This document shows, in pieces, positions 1-11,911 of a stretch of 55,705 bases of DNA; positions within the stretch are counted from its first letter, which is position 1; each line of letters starts with the position of its first letter. The position numbers were made by a program, and so were the translations under genes. Origin of the DNA: Octopus bimaculoides (Eukaryota); contig NC_069004.1 in the NCBI RefSeq assembly GCF_001194135.2, positions 16,105,335 through 16,161,039 on the forward strand, in the 5' to 3' direction. The notes beneath the pieces were generated by a model that was not told where the DNA came from, ran no database searches, and saw only the letters and a list, made by a program, of their open reading frames with translations.

Positions 1-16
1 CATATATGTATGTATA

Positions 17-170
17 CAATGGGCTTCTTTCCGTTTCTGTCCACCAAATCCACTCACAGGGTTTAGGTCCAAAGGCTATAGTAGAAGACACTTGCCCAAG
101 GTGCCACGCAGTGGGACTGAACCTGGAACCCTATGGTTGGGAAGCAAACTTCTTATCACACAGCCACTCT
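17..170 (-). mobile_element. tRNA-derived SINE family A, 5' part
   Basis: Reverse complement of the head seen in + copies at 39748 and 41133 (gtggctgtgtggtaag...gggttcagtcccactgcgtggcaccttgggcaagtgtcttctactatagcc). Confidence 0.8.
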
Positions 171-553
171 TGCATATGTATGTGTGTGTGTATGATTGTG
201 TATGATTGTGCTTAAATAAAAACAAGATAAGTGGATGAAATATATTATTTATTTTTAGTTACCTAAAGTAGGGGTTGCAAAGTATTTCAGATCACTTTGG
301 GGAATAAATACCAACCATCAAGAAATATTATAACCAACAAGATTTTCTCTATACGGTTATTCAAATGTCAAGCCTCAAATGTGCATCAAATCACTGCTCT
401 CTAAGGAAATAATACATTAGACAATATAGTCTTACATAACTTTAAAATGAATGGATTGTCTTGATTGAAATACCCTTGATCACAGGCCTGCTTGGTTAGG
501 GCTGACTTGAGGTTAAACAATAAGACCAAACCATGAGGAGCAACATCTCTCAC

Positions 554-631
554 CTCTCTGCTCTAAGGTTATACAACAAAATTGACAGCAAACATAAAAT
601 AGCCACCACAGAAGATATCCCTTCAATATGG
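554..631 (-). CDS. Candidate internal exon, 78 nt (HIEGISSVVAILCLLSILLYNLRAE), gene unknown
   Basis: Minus-strand acceptor tttatttttgctattatggctgtag and donor AG|gtgaga; two frames are open. No recognised homology. Confidence 0.25.
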
Positions 632-665
632 CTACAGCCATAATAGCAAAAATAAATTACAGCAT

Positions 666-666
<1 letters not shown>

Positions 667-757
<91 letters not shown>
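667..757. repeat. (TA)n microsatellite
   Basis: Direct. Confidence 0.95.
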
Positions 758-758
<1 letters not shown>

Positions 759-980
759 TATTTCTTAATGTGATGGCTGTTCTATGTTTACTGTGTCACT
801 TCTGCTCTATAACCTGCAAGGAGTCAAATTCTTTTTTTATTTAGCATTGCTGAATAAAAAGCAGTCTGGGATGGAGGCTGCTTCACTTGGCTTGGTTTTG
901 AACGTGTATACATACATACATACATACAAACAAAGGTGTGTGTGTGTGTATTAATAACATTTTGACTCATTTCCATACAG

Positions 981-1048
981 CTTGTAGATTTGTGGGCATA
1001 TAGGAATCATCCACCTTATCTGATGAGACAAGTTCTTCTTGCATGCTT
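981..1048 (+). CDS. Candidate internal exon, 68 nt (LVDLWAYRNHPPYLMRQVLLAC), gene unknown
   Basis: Acceptor tttgactcatttccatacag, donor TT|gtgaga, open in phase 0. No recognised homology; could be a decayed LINE piece. Confidence 0.25.
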
Positions 1049-1159
1049 GTGAGACTATATGCCATATAGAGCTGAATCAGATTGTTATTAAAAATATATT
1101 TAATTCCTACTAAACATGTTGTGTGCCTCTTTCTTTTATTCTTTTTTCTTTTAATTGTT

Positions 1160-1727
1160 TCGGTCATTAGATTGCAGCCATACTGGAGCACCCAATTCAA
1201 AGAATTTTAGTCGACTGACTTAGCCACAGTACTTTTTATTTTTTAAGCTTGGTACTTATTCTATCAGTCTCTTTTGCTGAATTGCTAAGTTACAGGGACA
1301 TAACCACACACATTCTTTTACTTGTTTCAGTCATTGGACTGTTGCCATGCTGGAGCACCACCTTAAAGGGTTTTAGTTGAAGAACTTGACCTCAGGACTT
1401 ATTCTTTGTAAGTCTAGTACTTATTTTATCATTCTCTTTCACCGAACTACTAAGTTACAGGGATGTAAATACACCAACATTGGTTGTCAAGTGATAGTGA
1501 AGGTCAAACAAAGACAAAGACACACACGCAAATATACACCCACCCACACACACACACATATACATGACACATATATACAACAGGTTTATATATGTATATA
1601 TGACAGGCTTCTTTCAGTTTCCATCTTCCAAATCCACTCACAAGGCTTTGGTCAGCCCAAAGCTATAGTAGAAGGTACTTGCTCAAGATGCCATGCAGTG
1701 GGACTGAACCCAGAACCATGTAGTTAG
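1160..1727 (-). mobile_element. Two tandem SINE family A copies (partial 1160-1310; 1320-1727)
   Basis: Both carry cagtcatt..gactg..gccatgctggagcacc and tacttattctatc..tctcttttgc; the second also has the central CA/TA tract and head. Confidence 0.8.
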
Positions 1728-1730
1728 AAA

Positions 1731-2250
1731 CATTGAAAGCTGAATTGCATCAAAAAAGGTCATGCTGTCAATTTAGTGGGATTACAAAGGTGTTGTGTAT
1801 TTTGAGCTGCTTTCAAGGAACCAGACGATCAATTCAGATGTTTATTGCAAACAACTAATGAATCTGGAGGAAGCAATCAAAGAAAAATGGCCAGAATTGG
1901 CAAATCATAAAGAAATTATGTTCCACTATGACAACACTAGACCACACACATCTTTGCTAACTTGTGAAAAATTATTGGAGCTTGATTGGGAAGTGATGTC
2001 ACATCCACCGTATAGCACCATCCGATTACCATTTATTTCAAAGTTTGCAAAACTCTTTGAATTGTAAAACTTTCAATAATGATGATGACCTGAAATCGCA
2101 CTTGCTTCAGTTTTTGGCTGATAAGGACCAGAAGTTGTATGAGCTTAGAATCATGAAGTTGCCAGAAAGATGGCAAAAGGTCATTGAACAAAATGGAAAA
2201 TATACAAGTGATTAAAGTGCATTCTTTGTATGAAAAAAATGACCTATCAT
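1731..2250 (+). mobile_element. Mariner (Tc1/mariner, DD34D) transposase 3' fragment, decayed
   Basis: Translation gives KKVMLSI*WDYKGVVYFELL, HYDNTRPH (consensus HDNARPH) and HPPYS, then LPERWQKVIEQNGKY. Stops and a deletion; no TIR seen. Confidence 0.88.
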
Positions 2251-2254
2251 ACCA

Positions 2255-3650
2255 AGATCAGATGATGACCAAGGCTGGGCCTTATCCATTACTTCAATGT
2301 GATTCTGGTTACCCTTCATAAACATCAGTCTAGGGTGGCTCTCTTGACCCTCAAAATATCTTTGCCTATAAAGAATAGGCACTCAATTGCAAAACTGGAT
2401 GGGATGGTGGTGTTATACTTGGTGAACAGGTTGATCAAGACCTGCTCACCCAAAAAGGCAACTTCAATCAGGACCTCCTTCAAGACAGCCTCCAGCCAAG
2501 TCTTCACCAAGTTCTGCACTTTGGACTTCAGTGACCTATGGCTCCTGCTCTCTCAGAACCGAGTGATGTTAAAGAAATCATCTTCCTCATCCTCATTGAT
2601 GGTGATGCTGCTGTCCTCCTCATTGGTCTCCATTATGATGGTTTCCATGGCATTCGTTACTCAGCTAACCTGGCTGTTATTATGCTGCTCCAGCCAGAAC
2701 AGGCGAAACTTGGGGTGGAAGGCAGCAGCCAGCTAGCACTCCAGGTTTTCTAGGAGCCCATGCCTACCAGTATCATGTCTACCAGAGGACTGCAGTACAA
2801 GAGATGTCTGAACTTGGCCTCCTTCAACTTCATGACAGTAGCTGCTACAGTTGGCAGAAGGGTCTAGAAATAGGCCTGGTCTTCCCCACAGATTTTATCC
2901 AAGGCCTTAGCAACATTAGATATCACCTGGGCATACTCCATCAGGAAGCTGAGATCAGGATCGGGGAAGGTCTGCAGCTTCAGCTGTGTCATCACCCTGG
3001 GGACAGCTCCCCTATTCTTCTCCAGCAGGTTGTTGAGAACAATGGAGTCGTAGGTAGAGTTCCATCTGGTACAGCTGGGGATCACCAGCTTCCCTCTTCA
3101 AAGCATCCAGAATGCATCTACTGCCACTGTGCTGCAGCTCTGCACATTCCACAGCTGCTGTGCAAGAGTTCAACTTCTGTACCAAACTGCATAAATGCCT
3201 TCACAAAGTTTTTGCTGATGTTCATCATGGTCCTGGTCACCTTGTCTTGCAGATGGAACTTGTAATGAGTGTCCACCATGGCCTGATTAAGAACATCAAA
3301 GGTATGATGTCCTCTGAGCCGAGAGCAGGCCAGGTCTTGGGGTCCAGCCAGTGCGTTGCCATCCCCAGGTAGGACCAGTTGTGGGCCAACCAGCAGTCTA
3401 TGGTGGTCGCCACCCAGGAAGCATCCTTAAGCAATCTGTAATTAAAAAATGTTAATTTGTAAAGAGAAATAAGTTGTAAAGTTAAAAACTTAAAATTATA
3501 TATATATAAACGCAGAGTATGATCAAGGCCAACTTTAAAAAAAAAAAACTAACCTGTCATCTGCATGTCTATGCAAGCTGCAATGGTTTTGTGAGTACAT
3601 GGTTTGTACAATTTTCTGCAGGTAGGAAAGAGGCAGGTCATTTGATCACA
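2255..3650 (-). mobile_element. hAT (Ac/ZBED-like) transposase pseudogene with a probable intron
   Basis: Motifs VATTIDCW, PSCTRWNSTYD and the C-terminal dimerisation-like segment NTTIPSSFAIECLFFIGKDILRVKRATL; frameshifted. AT-rich GT..AG segment at 3436-3553. Confidence 0.85.
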
Positions 3651-5403
3651 GTATCTTATAACCATATTTTGTTTATGGAAATCATTTGTTACTAGGCTGT
3701 TCTAAATTCATGGAAACACTGCTTATAATTTAAAGCCTTGTTATTAAACTTTTGAAAATAGTGACTGGCTACTGGTCTATTTATAACGGCTGGTTACTAC
3801 TACTTTTTACCAGGAGGAATGTAGAGTTTCACTATAGAACAGGAATTATATTTCATAATAAAAGTCCTCAACAAAAATTAAACGGTTGCTCCATCAGGGA
3901 TGCTCCATCAAATCAAATGGAATAAATCAAGGGTACAACAACACCATATCAAGGTACGATACCCGACCAACATTTCTGGAAAAAATGATTAGGAAGAAGT
4001 GATGTGAATACTGAAATACCCATGTTTGGCCCCTCCAAACATAACCTGTATGAAACCAATCATCACTGGAGAGAAGGTATATTTCCATGAACGTTCTGAC
4101 TTCCTTCCCCAACTCCCAATTCAGATTATATTTATGGTTCCTTATGTTTTGTAGATTCTTATCCTTTGATTTAGATTGTATTTATAATTGTGAATATATT
4201 CACTTAAGAAAGGTATATTTTCATTAAAATTTAGATTTTTCTCCCCTTCCCCTTTTTTTAGACTCAGATCATATTCATGATTGTTTTTAAAGAAATTCAG
4301 ATCATATAAATAATTGAGACACACTTTCCCACACTTAAACTTTTTTCAGGTTGTATTTAAAGTCATAACTATACTCATTTAAAAACCATTCTTTCAAAAC
4401 CAAAGCCATACACAGCTAAATCAAAAGAAGCATCTGAAATTTTAATAAAAACAAACAAAATTGATCACATCCATACAACCATTCTCTCCCCTTACATTAA
4501 TGAACACAAAAGAACTAAAAAAACAAGGCCTTGAGATGCAATTATAATTCTTACTGGAGAAAATCAAAAACAACATCTGGTCTTCCAATTAAAATCTTTG
4601 ACCACTTGAATACAGAAATTTCTTTTTCCCCCCTACCCAAAAGGTCACTAAGTGGGGGGAAAAACAACATATTGAATCCTAATCAAACAAGTCTGACCAC
4701 AGTGATACAAAANNNNNNNNNNTCAAACTATTTTCTTTCCTTTCCCTTCTTTTGCAACCCCCCCCCCCCAAAAAAAAACACACTTCCTTCTACTTTTTCT
4801 ATCTTCCCTATCTCCCACTCTCCCCTCCTCTCTCACCCTTTCACCTTCCTTTCTAATTTATTCCTCTCTCTCTCTCTAAAACATCAACAGTTTCAATTTT
4901 ATATAAAAAGGGGAAGCAAACTTACAGTTAACTTTTTTGATAAATCTCATAATAGAAGAAAGGGCTAAAAATGTAAATAAAAATATATATAATCATCCAA
5001 CATACTGACTACCTTGTTATTCTCAATATACAATATCTGTACATCACTTCAAAAAGTCTCTACATATATATAAATATAATGGACTCTCCCGTCATTAGAT
5101 GATGTATGAAGTTTTGACAATTTCTTATAGAACAGCCATGCAGATGATTTGTTTATAGTGATCAAATGTTTGTGTAGACATAAGCTCACTACTTCCATCA
5201 AATCGACATTACCTGTACAGGTGCAACAGAGTGCCACATGTCAGATGCTGAAGTGATTGCAGAGCAACGTGAAATGAAGTGTTTTGCTCAAGAACATAAT
5301 GCAACGCCCAGCCTAGGAATTGAACCCACGATCTTGTAACCGTAAATGCAACACCTTAACCACTGAGCCATGTGTCTTCACACACACACACACACACATA
5401 TAT

Positions 5404-5782
5404 ACTCTCTCTTTTACTCTTTTACTTGTTTCAGTCATTTGACTGCGGCCATGCTGGAGCACCGCCTTTAGTCAAGCAAATCGACCCCAGAGCTTATTCT
5501 TTGTAAGCCTAGTACTTATTCTATCGGTCTCTTTTGCCGAACCGCTAAGTTACGGGGATGCAGACACTCCAGCATCGGTTGTCAAGCGACAAACAGACAC
5601 ACAAATATACATATATATATATACATATACGACGGGCTTCTTCCAGTTTTCGCCTACCAAATCCACTCACAAGGCTTTGGTCAGCCTAAGGCTATAGTAG
5701 AAAACATTTGCCCAAGGTGCCACGCAGTGGGACTGAACCCGGGACCAGTTGGTTGGTAAGCAAGCTACTTACCACACAGCCA
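5404..5782 (-). mobile_element. SINE family A, near full length, CpG-retaining (young) copy
   Basis: Complete head-to-tail match to the other copies, with an (AGTAAAAG)-like tail. Confidence 0.9.
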
Positions 5783-6279
5783 TATATATACTTCATTGCT
5801 ATCACAACTTACCAGACAACCTAATTATCATTCAATGGAACTAGAAAATTTTTAACTTATCAGACACCAGATAAATCTAAGATGCAATCAAATCTACCTC
5901 AGTCTGATGATGGTATAGCATGTCAAAACTTTGATGTCATTGTCAATACTGTTCTTGTTAAAGTGGAATAAACGGGTACTGAACCAAATGTATTGAGTAA
6001 TCATTCTGTTTAATGTAAAATTGCTTTTATTATAACAAACAAATATTAATATACATACATTTATAGTTATATATAGATATATGTACTGTTGTATGTATAC
6101 ACACACACACACACACAGATACACACACATATACCCCTGCCCACACACATGTCAGTACATGACTCCTTTCTGAACAGACATTTTTTTTCTTAAACCAACC
6201 TCCTGCTGGCTGCCTCTATTAAATAAACCACTATACTATTTGTCACACTGCAGTAACTGCAGTGTGCACTGTGCAGGCC

Positions 6280-7190
6280 TTACATGCAGCATGCAGTGCT
6301 GCTAGCAACATGCAGTTATTTGCGGCCCTTGTTGTCGGCTGTTCACTGCATTCCCTGCTGTTGTCACCACAACTGTCACTGTTGTGTTGCAGTAGCTAGA
6401 TATACTTCTGCTGATCATGACAATGATGATGATGATTTTGCATATGCAGCTGCATTTTGCATTGCAGTGCATATGTGTGTGTGTGTGTGCACGCATGCAT
6501 ATGATTATGTGTATACATGTGTGGTGCTGTCTAAGGTTGGAAATGGGTTTTGCAATGTCAACATATATACATTCACACGCCTCAGAAACATCCACCATTA
6601 CTCACACTCACACATAAACACTCATATATGCACATTTAACACTCACATTTACACACTTACTCATGTTTTCAGATATCATCATTACACACACTTACACATA
6701 CTCATACACACACTTAACACACTCTTGCACACACACATATTTTCTCAGACACACATAAACCACTCACCCACACATCATACACTCACATACACATGCACAC
6801 ACATATATATGTGCATACACACATACAAGCTATGGTCTATGATTGCAGCCAGTAGATGTGCATATAGTTAGGTTTTTTCTGCCTGTCTGCATGTCTTTGT
6901 GAGTTGCATACAAGCATTCCCTGCTAACTGTGCATCATTTGCAGTTGCAGTTATAAAGTAGGTGGGAGTGGTGTTGGTTGGTGGTAGCATGTTCTAGATG
7001 GGTGAGTTGGTGATGAGAGATAGAATGTTGAGGATCAGCATGGTGATGGTGATTATGGCAGTAGTGGTGACAGTAGCTGCAGATGGTAAGATGGTGGATA
7101 GTGTGGTGGTGGTGGTGGTGGTATTGGCAAGTGGGAGAATGTTGTTGTTGTTTGTGGTGGTGGTGGTGGTGGTGGTGGCGATGGCCAGAT
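6280..7190. repeat. Low-complexity CA/GT, GAT and GTG simple-repeat region
   Basis: Degenerate (CA)n at 6590-6825 and (GTG)n at 7095-7180; the ORFs here are compositional artefacts. Confidence 0.75.
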
Positions 7191-9049
7191 GTTGCTTTTG
7201 TTGGTCAGTTCCAATTGCGAAAAATCTCCTCTTTCTTCAGCTATAGTGTATCCAAGACTACATTATTCAGAATAGTCATGTCTCCTGTTTTTATGACAGT
7301 GAAGCAATGATTCCCAACCCTGAAGTCTGTGGACCCCTTCAGATGCCACAAAGATAATACTAGAATTAGTATACTGAGTTCAAAATTCACTGAGCTGACA
7401 AATGTTTTAAAATCACAGGGTCCGTAGGGGAAATTCATTCAAATAAAAATTCTTGGTAGTGAAAAGACTCAAAACCACTACATTAAAATGCAATGTGAGG
7501 GAAATTTAGTTGCTATTTCTAGTAGGTCAAGTGATTGCTTAATGGCTGCCTCATGGAGTGAGGTTTGTGGTCGTAGAGTGGTGATGATTTTGGTGATGTT
7601 GGTGTTGTTAGTGGTAGTGATGGTTGTCACCATGGTTTCATTGTTGTTGGCAGTGGCAGTGGTATCAATGATGTTGATAAGGTTGTTGCTGGTGGTGTTG
7701 GTGTTGAGATGGGTATGTAGTAGTTATTTGCTATTTCTTAATTGTTTAGGTCTTTGAGTTTTTTTTTTTTTTTTTGTGATCTCTCTTATGAGAGGATGAT
7801 TATATATTGATAGATTGATAGCCCAAATGAAACCTGATCAAACAGACTAGATCATATATTGACCGATGTTGTTGTTTACTTGTTGGGTTAGGAAGAAGGA
7901 GTGGTGCCTATGAGCTTTACAGGCCTTTTGAGACTGATAATATTGTAGGCTCATCTGAGCTACACAGAGAATCATTTATTGTTGGGACGAAGTGTTTTGT
8001 TCCTAAATAGAGGGCATAGTCAATTAGATGTTAAAACTGTGGTACTGTCACAAGAACTCCTTGGTAATGATAAGGCCCAACATTTGAAGCACTCCTACAA
8101 GTTCTAGTTGCATACTGCTTGTCTTTAAGTGGTGTGTAGTGTGATGATATTTTCTTAACAAAAGTAGCACTTGTATTTTTTTGATCTGTTAGACTCCAGT
8201 GGTCTCTCCTGCTAACTTAGGTGGAAGCTATGTCTTCAACCAAGCCTTTTAAGACAACCTTTTAATCTACCAATAAACTTACATTCTGCATTAAAAGTTT
8301 CCAGTTAGACTATTTCATAACAATGAGTGCAGCATGGTTGACTTGTTAAAGAATTAATTTCACAATCAATAGGTTCTGAGTTTGATTCCACTGCATGGCA
8401 TCTTGAGCAAGTCTATAATTTTTCATGGTCCCAGATCATCCAAGTCTTGTGAATGAAATTGGGTAGATGGAAACTGTACTAATTGAAAATGAAAATTTAT
8501 CACACACAGTGGCCTAAAGATTCTGCCTAAAGATTACATTGAAAGAACATGTGTCTGTGGAATACTCAGCCACTTTGCATGCAAATTCAGTGAACAGGTG
8601 GTTCAGTCAATGAAACAACTCAAACTTTATCAATGCTGGTGTACTGCAAAGTCTTTTTCAAGTCCCTCACATTAATGACTAACCCATTTCTTTTGAACAA
8701 CTCAAAACTCTGATGTAACAAACATTACTCTTCACTCCTCCCTCTGTAAACTTTTATCCTCACAAACAAAAGTCCACATCATGCAACTTACAAATTAACA
8801 AACTTTCACTGCCTCCAAGGGCAGAGATTTAGGAAACATCTTTCAATGGTGTATGAATAATCAGAAACAACAGACACAAACCATTCATTCATATAGATGG
8901 AGAAAGGGGGGAGGAGGAGAGGGAGAGTGGGGGGTAAATATGGTACCTCAACACCGTTGTAATTCCTCCTCTTTCTGACAAGAGCTTGCTACTCTTCCTT
9001 ATGATCTTTGGACACAAAAACTGCCATCATCATATACATACGTGTGTGT

Positions 9050-9315
9050 GTGTGTGTGTCCCATCTGTCCTTGACATTGCATTGTGTGATTGGAAATGCT
9101 TGTCACTTTCACACAAGCTGTGCTTTTCACATCCAATATTCCATGAAAACATGTCTGGCCATGGGGAAAATATTACCTTGCTTGGAAATAGGTAAGAGTT
9201 GGCAACAGCAAGGGCATCTGGCCACAAAAAATCTGCCTCAATAAACTCTGTCCCACTCATGCAAGTATGGAAAATGGAACATTAAAATGATGATGATGAT
9301 GATAATAATGATGAT
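9050..9315 (+). mobile_element. SINE family C with RTE-like tail ending in (GAT)n; a minus-strand copy lies at about 18770-19040
   Basis: Shared accttgcttggaaataggt.agagttggcaacag.aagggcatc..aaatctgcctca..acccatgcaag..tggaaa..cattaaaatgatgatgat. Confidence 0.7.
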
Positions 9316-9819
9316 ATATTTTGTAGTATTGTATTTTTCAATCAGTAGTAAATTGTATAAATAATTCAAGGACTGAGAATTTTGTGCATGGCACTTATCA
9401 AGCTCGTATATGTGCCTATCAGTCTGTCTGTAGGTATGTAAATATGTTTGTATGTATGATCCAGGAAAGGGGTTGAAAAAAATGTGACATCTAAAACCCT
9501 TAAATATGGCCTTCTGGAAGAAGTCTGAGTTTTGTATTAAAAAATATTAATTACTTAATATTATTTTTTACTTTAATGTTCTTAAAAGGTCACTGAAATA
9601 TCTATAAAAACAAGTTTACGTTTTTTTTTTTAACTTCAATATTTACAATTTCTTTTTCTGCTATAAATTCAATTACATTTTCCTGTATATTTCGTACAAT
9701 GCTCTTCAGTGTGTACTTCTTAGATTACATATACATTCAACAAGGCTTTCAAATAAAAATGATATTCACAATCCACCCCGGATCTAAAATATCTCAGAAA
9801 ATTGTTTCAATAATCTCTG

Positions 9820-10060
9820 TTTGCAAGAGTGAAGACTGCACTGGTATGGTCAAGTGATGCATATGGATGAAGACAGCTGCATAAAGAAGTGCCGATCTCT
9901 AATTGGGAGGGAAGAGGTAAACCTAAGAAAACCTGGTATGAAGGGTGAGAAATGATCTTCAGATGTTGAGCCTCACCAGGGAGATGACAAGGGACTATGA
10001 CATCCAGTTATTTGCTGTGCTTGAGAAGACATGTCAAGCTAAGTGGCCATACAGACAGGC
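9820..10060 (+). mobile_element. RTE LINE 3' coding remnant
   Basis: RLHWYGQVMHMDEDSCIKKCRSL..RGKPKKTW..NDLQMLSLTREMT; same family as 38014-38256 on the minus strand. Confidence 0.75.
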
Positions 10061-10590
10061 ATGTCCTTTACAACCATGCTGCTCCTCATTCACACAGTAA
10101 AGAAATAACACACAACCTATCCCTTGTCAAAACTTCCCCACAACTTTTCTTCTCAACATCTGTATCTTCCTTCCCCTACCCCTTTCCTCAACCTATGATC
10201 ACCACCTATTGCAAGTCCCTCCATTCTCCCTCATGTGCCTACCCATACACCCTTCATGCTCTCACATATCTATAATAACCCCAATATAAAGGATATTGAG
10301 GTAAATATATTAATTTATGATAATATATTAATCACTGCATCATCTCTACTGTTAATTTTGGAACATTAACATAGTCATCTTCATGTTAGCTCATGACAAG
10401 CTTTGAACCTGAGCATCTATAAACATGTATGGTATGAAATGCTTAGATATCACTGTTAATAAGTAGAGATGGAAGAAATTTGAAGGTACGAACTTATAGC
10501 AAGTGGAACATCACTCTCATGGGCTAATAAGTTTGGTAGTTTCTCTTGGGTCCAGAAAAATAATTATTCCTTTCTATAAACATACAACCA

Positions 10591-10631
<41 letters not shown>

Positions 10632-10949
10632 GTAAATTCTTTTATTTGTTTGTTATTTGACTGCAAACATGCTGGAGCACCACTTTAAAGGGTTTTTAGA
10701 AATTGACCCCAGGACTTGTTCTTTGCAAGCTTAGTACTTATTTTATCAATCTCTTTTGCCAAACCACTAAGTTACAAGGATATAAACACATCAACATCAG
10801 TTTTCAAGCGATGGTAGGGGGAGAAACAAAGACACAAAGACACCTACACACATAACTACACACACACATACACATGCATATAAGATAACCTCCTCCAATG
10901 CCCCCTCCCCTCTGAAAAAAGTTTTTTATTGTCTTGCAAGTACTTGGTA

Positions 10950-11232
10950 TCCCTGTCACTGCAGGTGCCACTTAAAAGCATCCAGTCCACACTGTAAAGT
11001 AGTTGGCATCTGGAAGGCATCCAGCCGTAAAAAGCTTGCCAAAACTGACCTCGCCTGTGCTAGTGCCATGTAAAAAGCACTGAGTTCACTCTACTGAGTG
11101 GTTGGTATAAGGAAGGGCATCCAGCTGCAAAAATCCTGTCAAAAGAGTTACAGAAGTCTGGTACAGGCCTCTGTTTGGCTGGCTCTTGTCAAAGCATGGA
11201 AAGTAGACATTAAACAATGATGATGATGATGA
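10950..11232 (+). mobile_element. RTE-family 3' tail with an internal duplication and (GAT)n end
   Basis: Two gcatccagc.g.aaaaa..ttgcc/ctgtc units, then agcatggaaagtagacattaaacaatgatgatgat. Confidence 0.6.
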
Positions 11233-11569
11233 TATATATACAATTGACTGCTTTCAGTTTCTGTCCACCAAATCCACTTCCAAAGCTTTAGTCAGCCTGA
11301 GGCTATAGTAGAAGACACTTGCCCAAGGTGCCATGCAGTGGGACTGAACCCAGAACCATGTAATTGGGAAGCAAGCTTCTTACCACACAGCCACACCTGC
11401 ACCTAAGTGTAAACGTGCACAAAAGGAAGAAAGTCCGTGAAGGAGAGAAGGGAGATTGCTGCTCACAATTCTAATAGTTCAACTAATTCACCCTTTTGGA
11501 TTAGATGAAAGATAAAGTTAGCATCTGGCTGCAGAGAGTTGGGACAAATAATGATTTCAAATTTTGGCA

Positions 11570-11745
11570 GAGAAGAGGTTAAATTAATTACATCGACCCA
11601 TGTTCAACTGATACTTATTTTATCGATGAAAGGATGAAAGGTAAAGTTGACCTTAGTGAAATTTGAACTCAGAATGTGAAGCTGGATGAAATGCTACTAA
11701 ACATTTTGCCTAGTGTGCTAACAATTCAAGCCAGCTTGCTGCCTT
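11570..11745 (-). mobile_element. SINE family B; further copies near 22040-22230(+), 26600-26775(-), 39237-39290(+ head), 44118-44330(+), 44340-44412(-), 49350-49510(-)
   Basis: Shared core gttctgagttcaaat..gaggt.gactttgcctttcatcctt..ggggt.gataaa.taagtacca, which resembles from memory the metazoan Meta-type SINE central domain. Confidence 0.7.
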
Positions 11746-11911
11746 TAATTGAATTGAATATATTAAGTTGCAGTAAGCTAACACCATACTTAACAGATGG
11801 TTTTTCTTTCATCAATTATTTCATCCACAGAGCTTTCTCTAACAATTTCTTGTAGTGACTTTACATTTCCTTATTATTTTGATTGGAAGAAGGTTAGTAG
11901 AATCATTAGAG

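Noticed and set aside
1795-2067. SETMAR gene
   Set aside because: Only a decayed mariner fragment; no SET domain.
4555-4604. Minus-strand exon WSKILIGRPDVVFDFL
   Set aside because: Good donor but a purine-rich acceptor region.
7870-8270. Penelope RT remnant (also a possible RTE remnant at 15600-16100 and 31700-31900, minus strand)
   Set aside because: Only faint frame-hopping resemblance; too degraded to call by eye.
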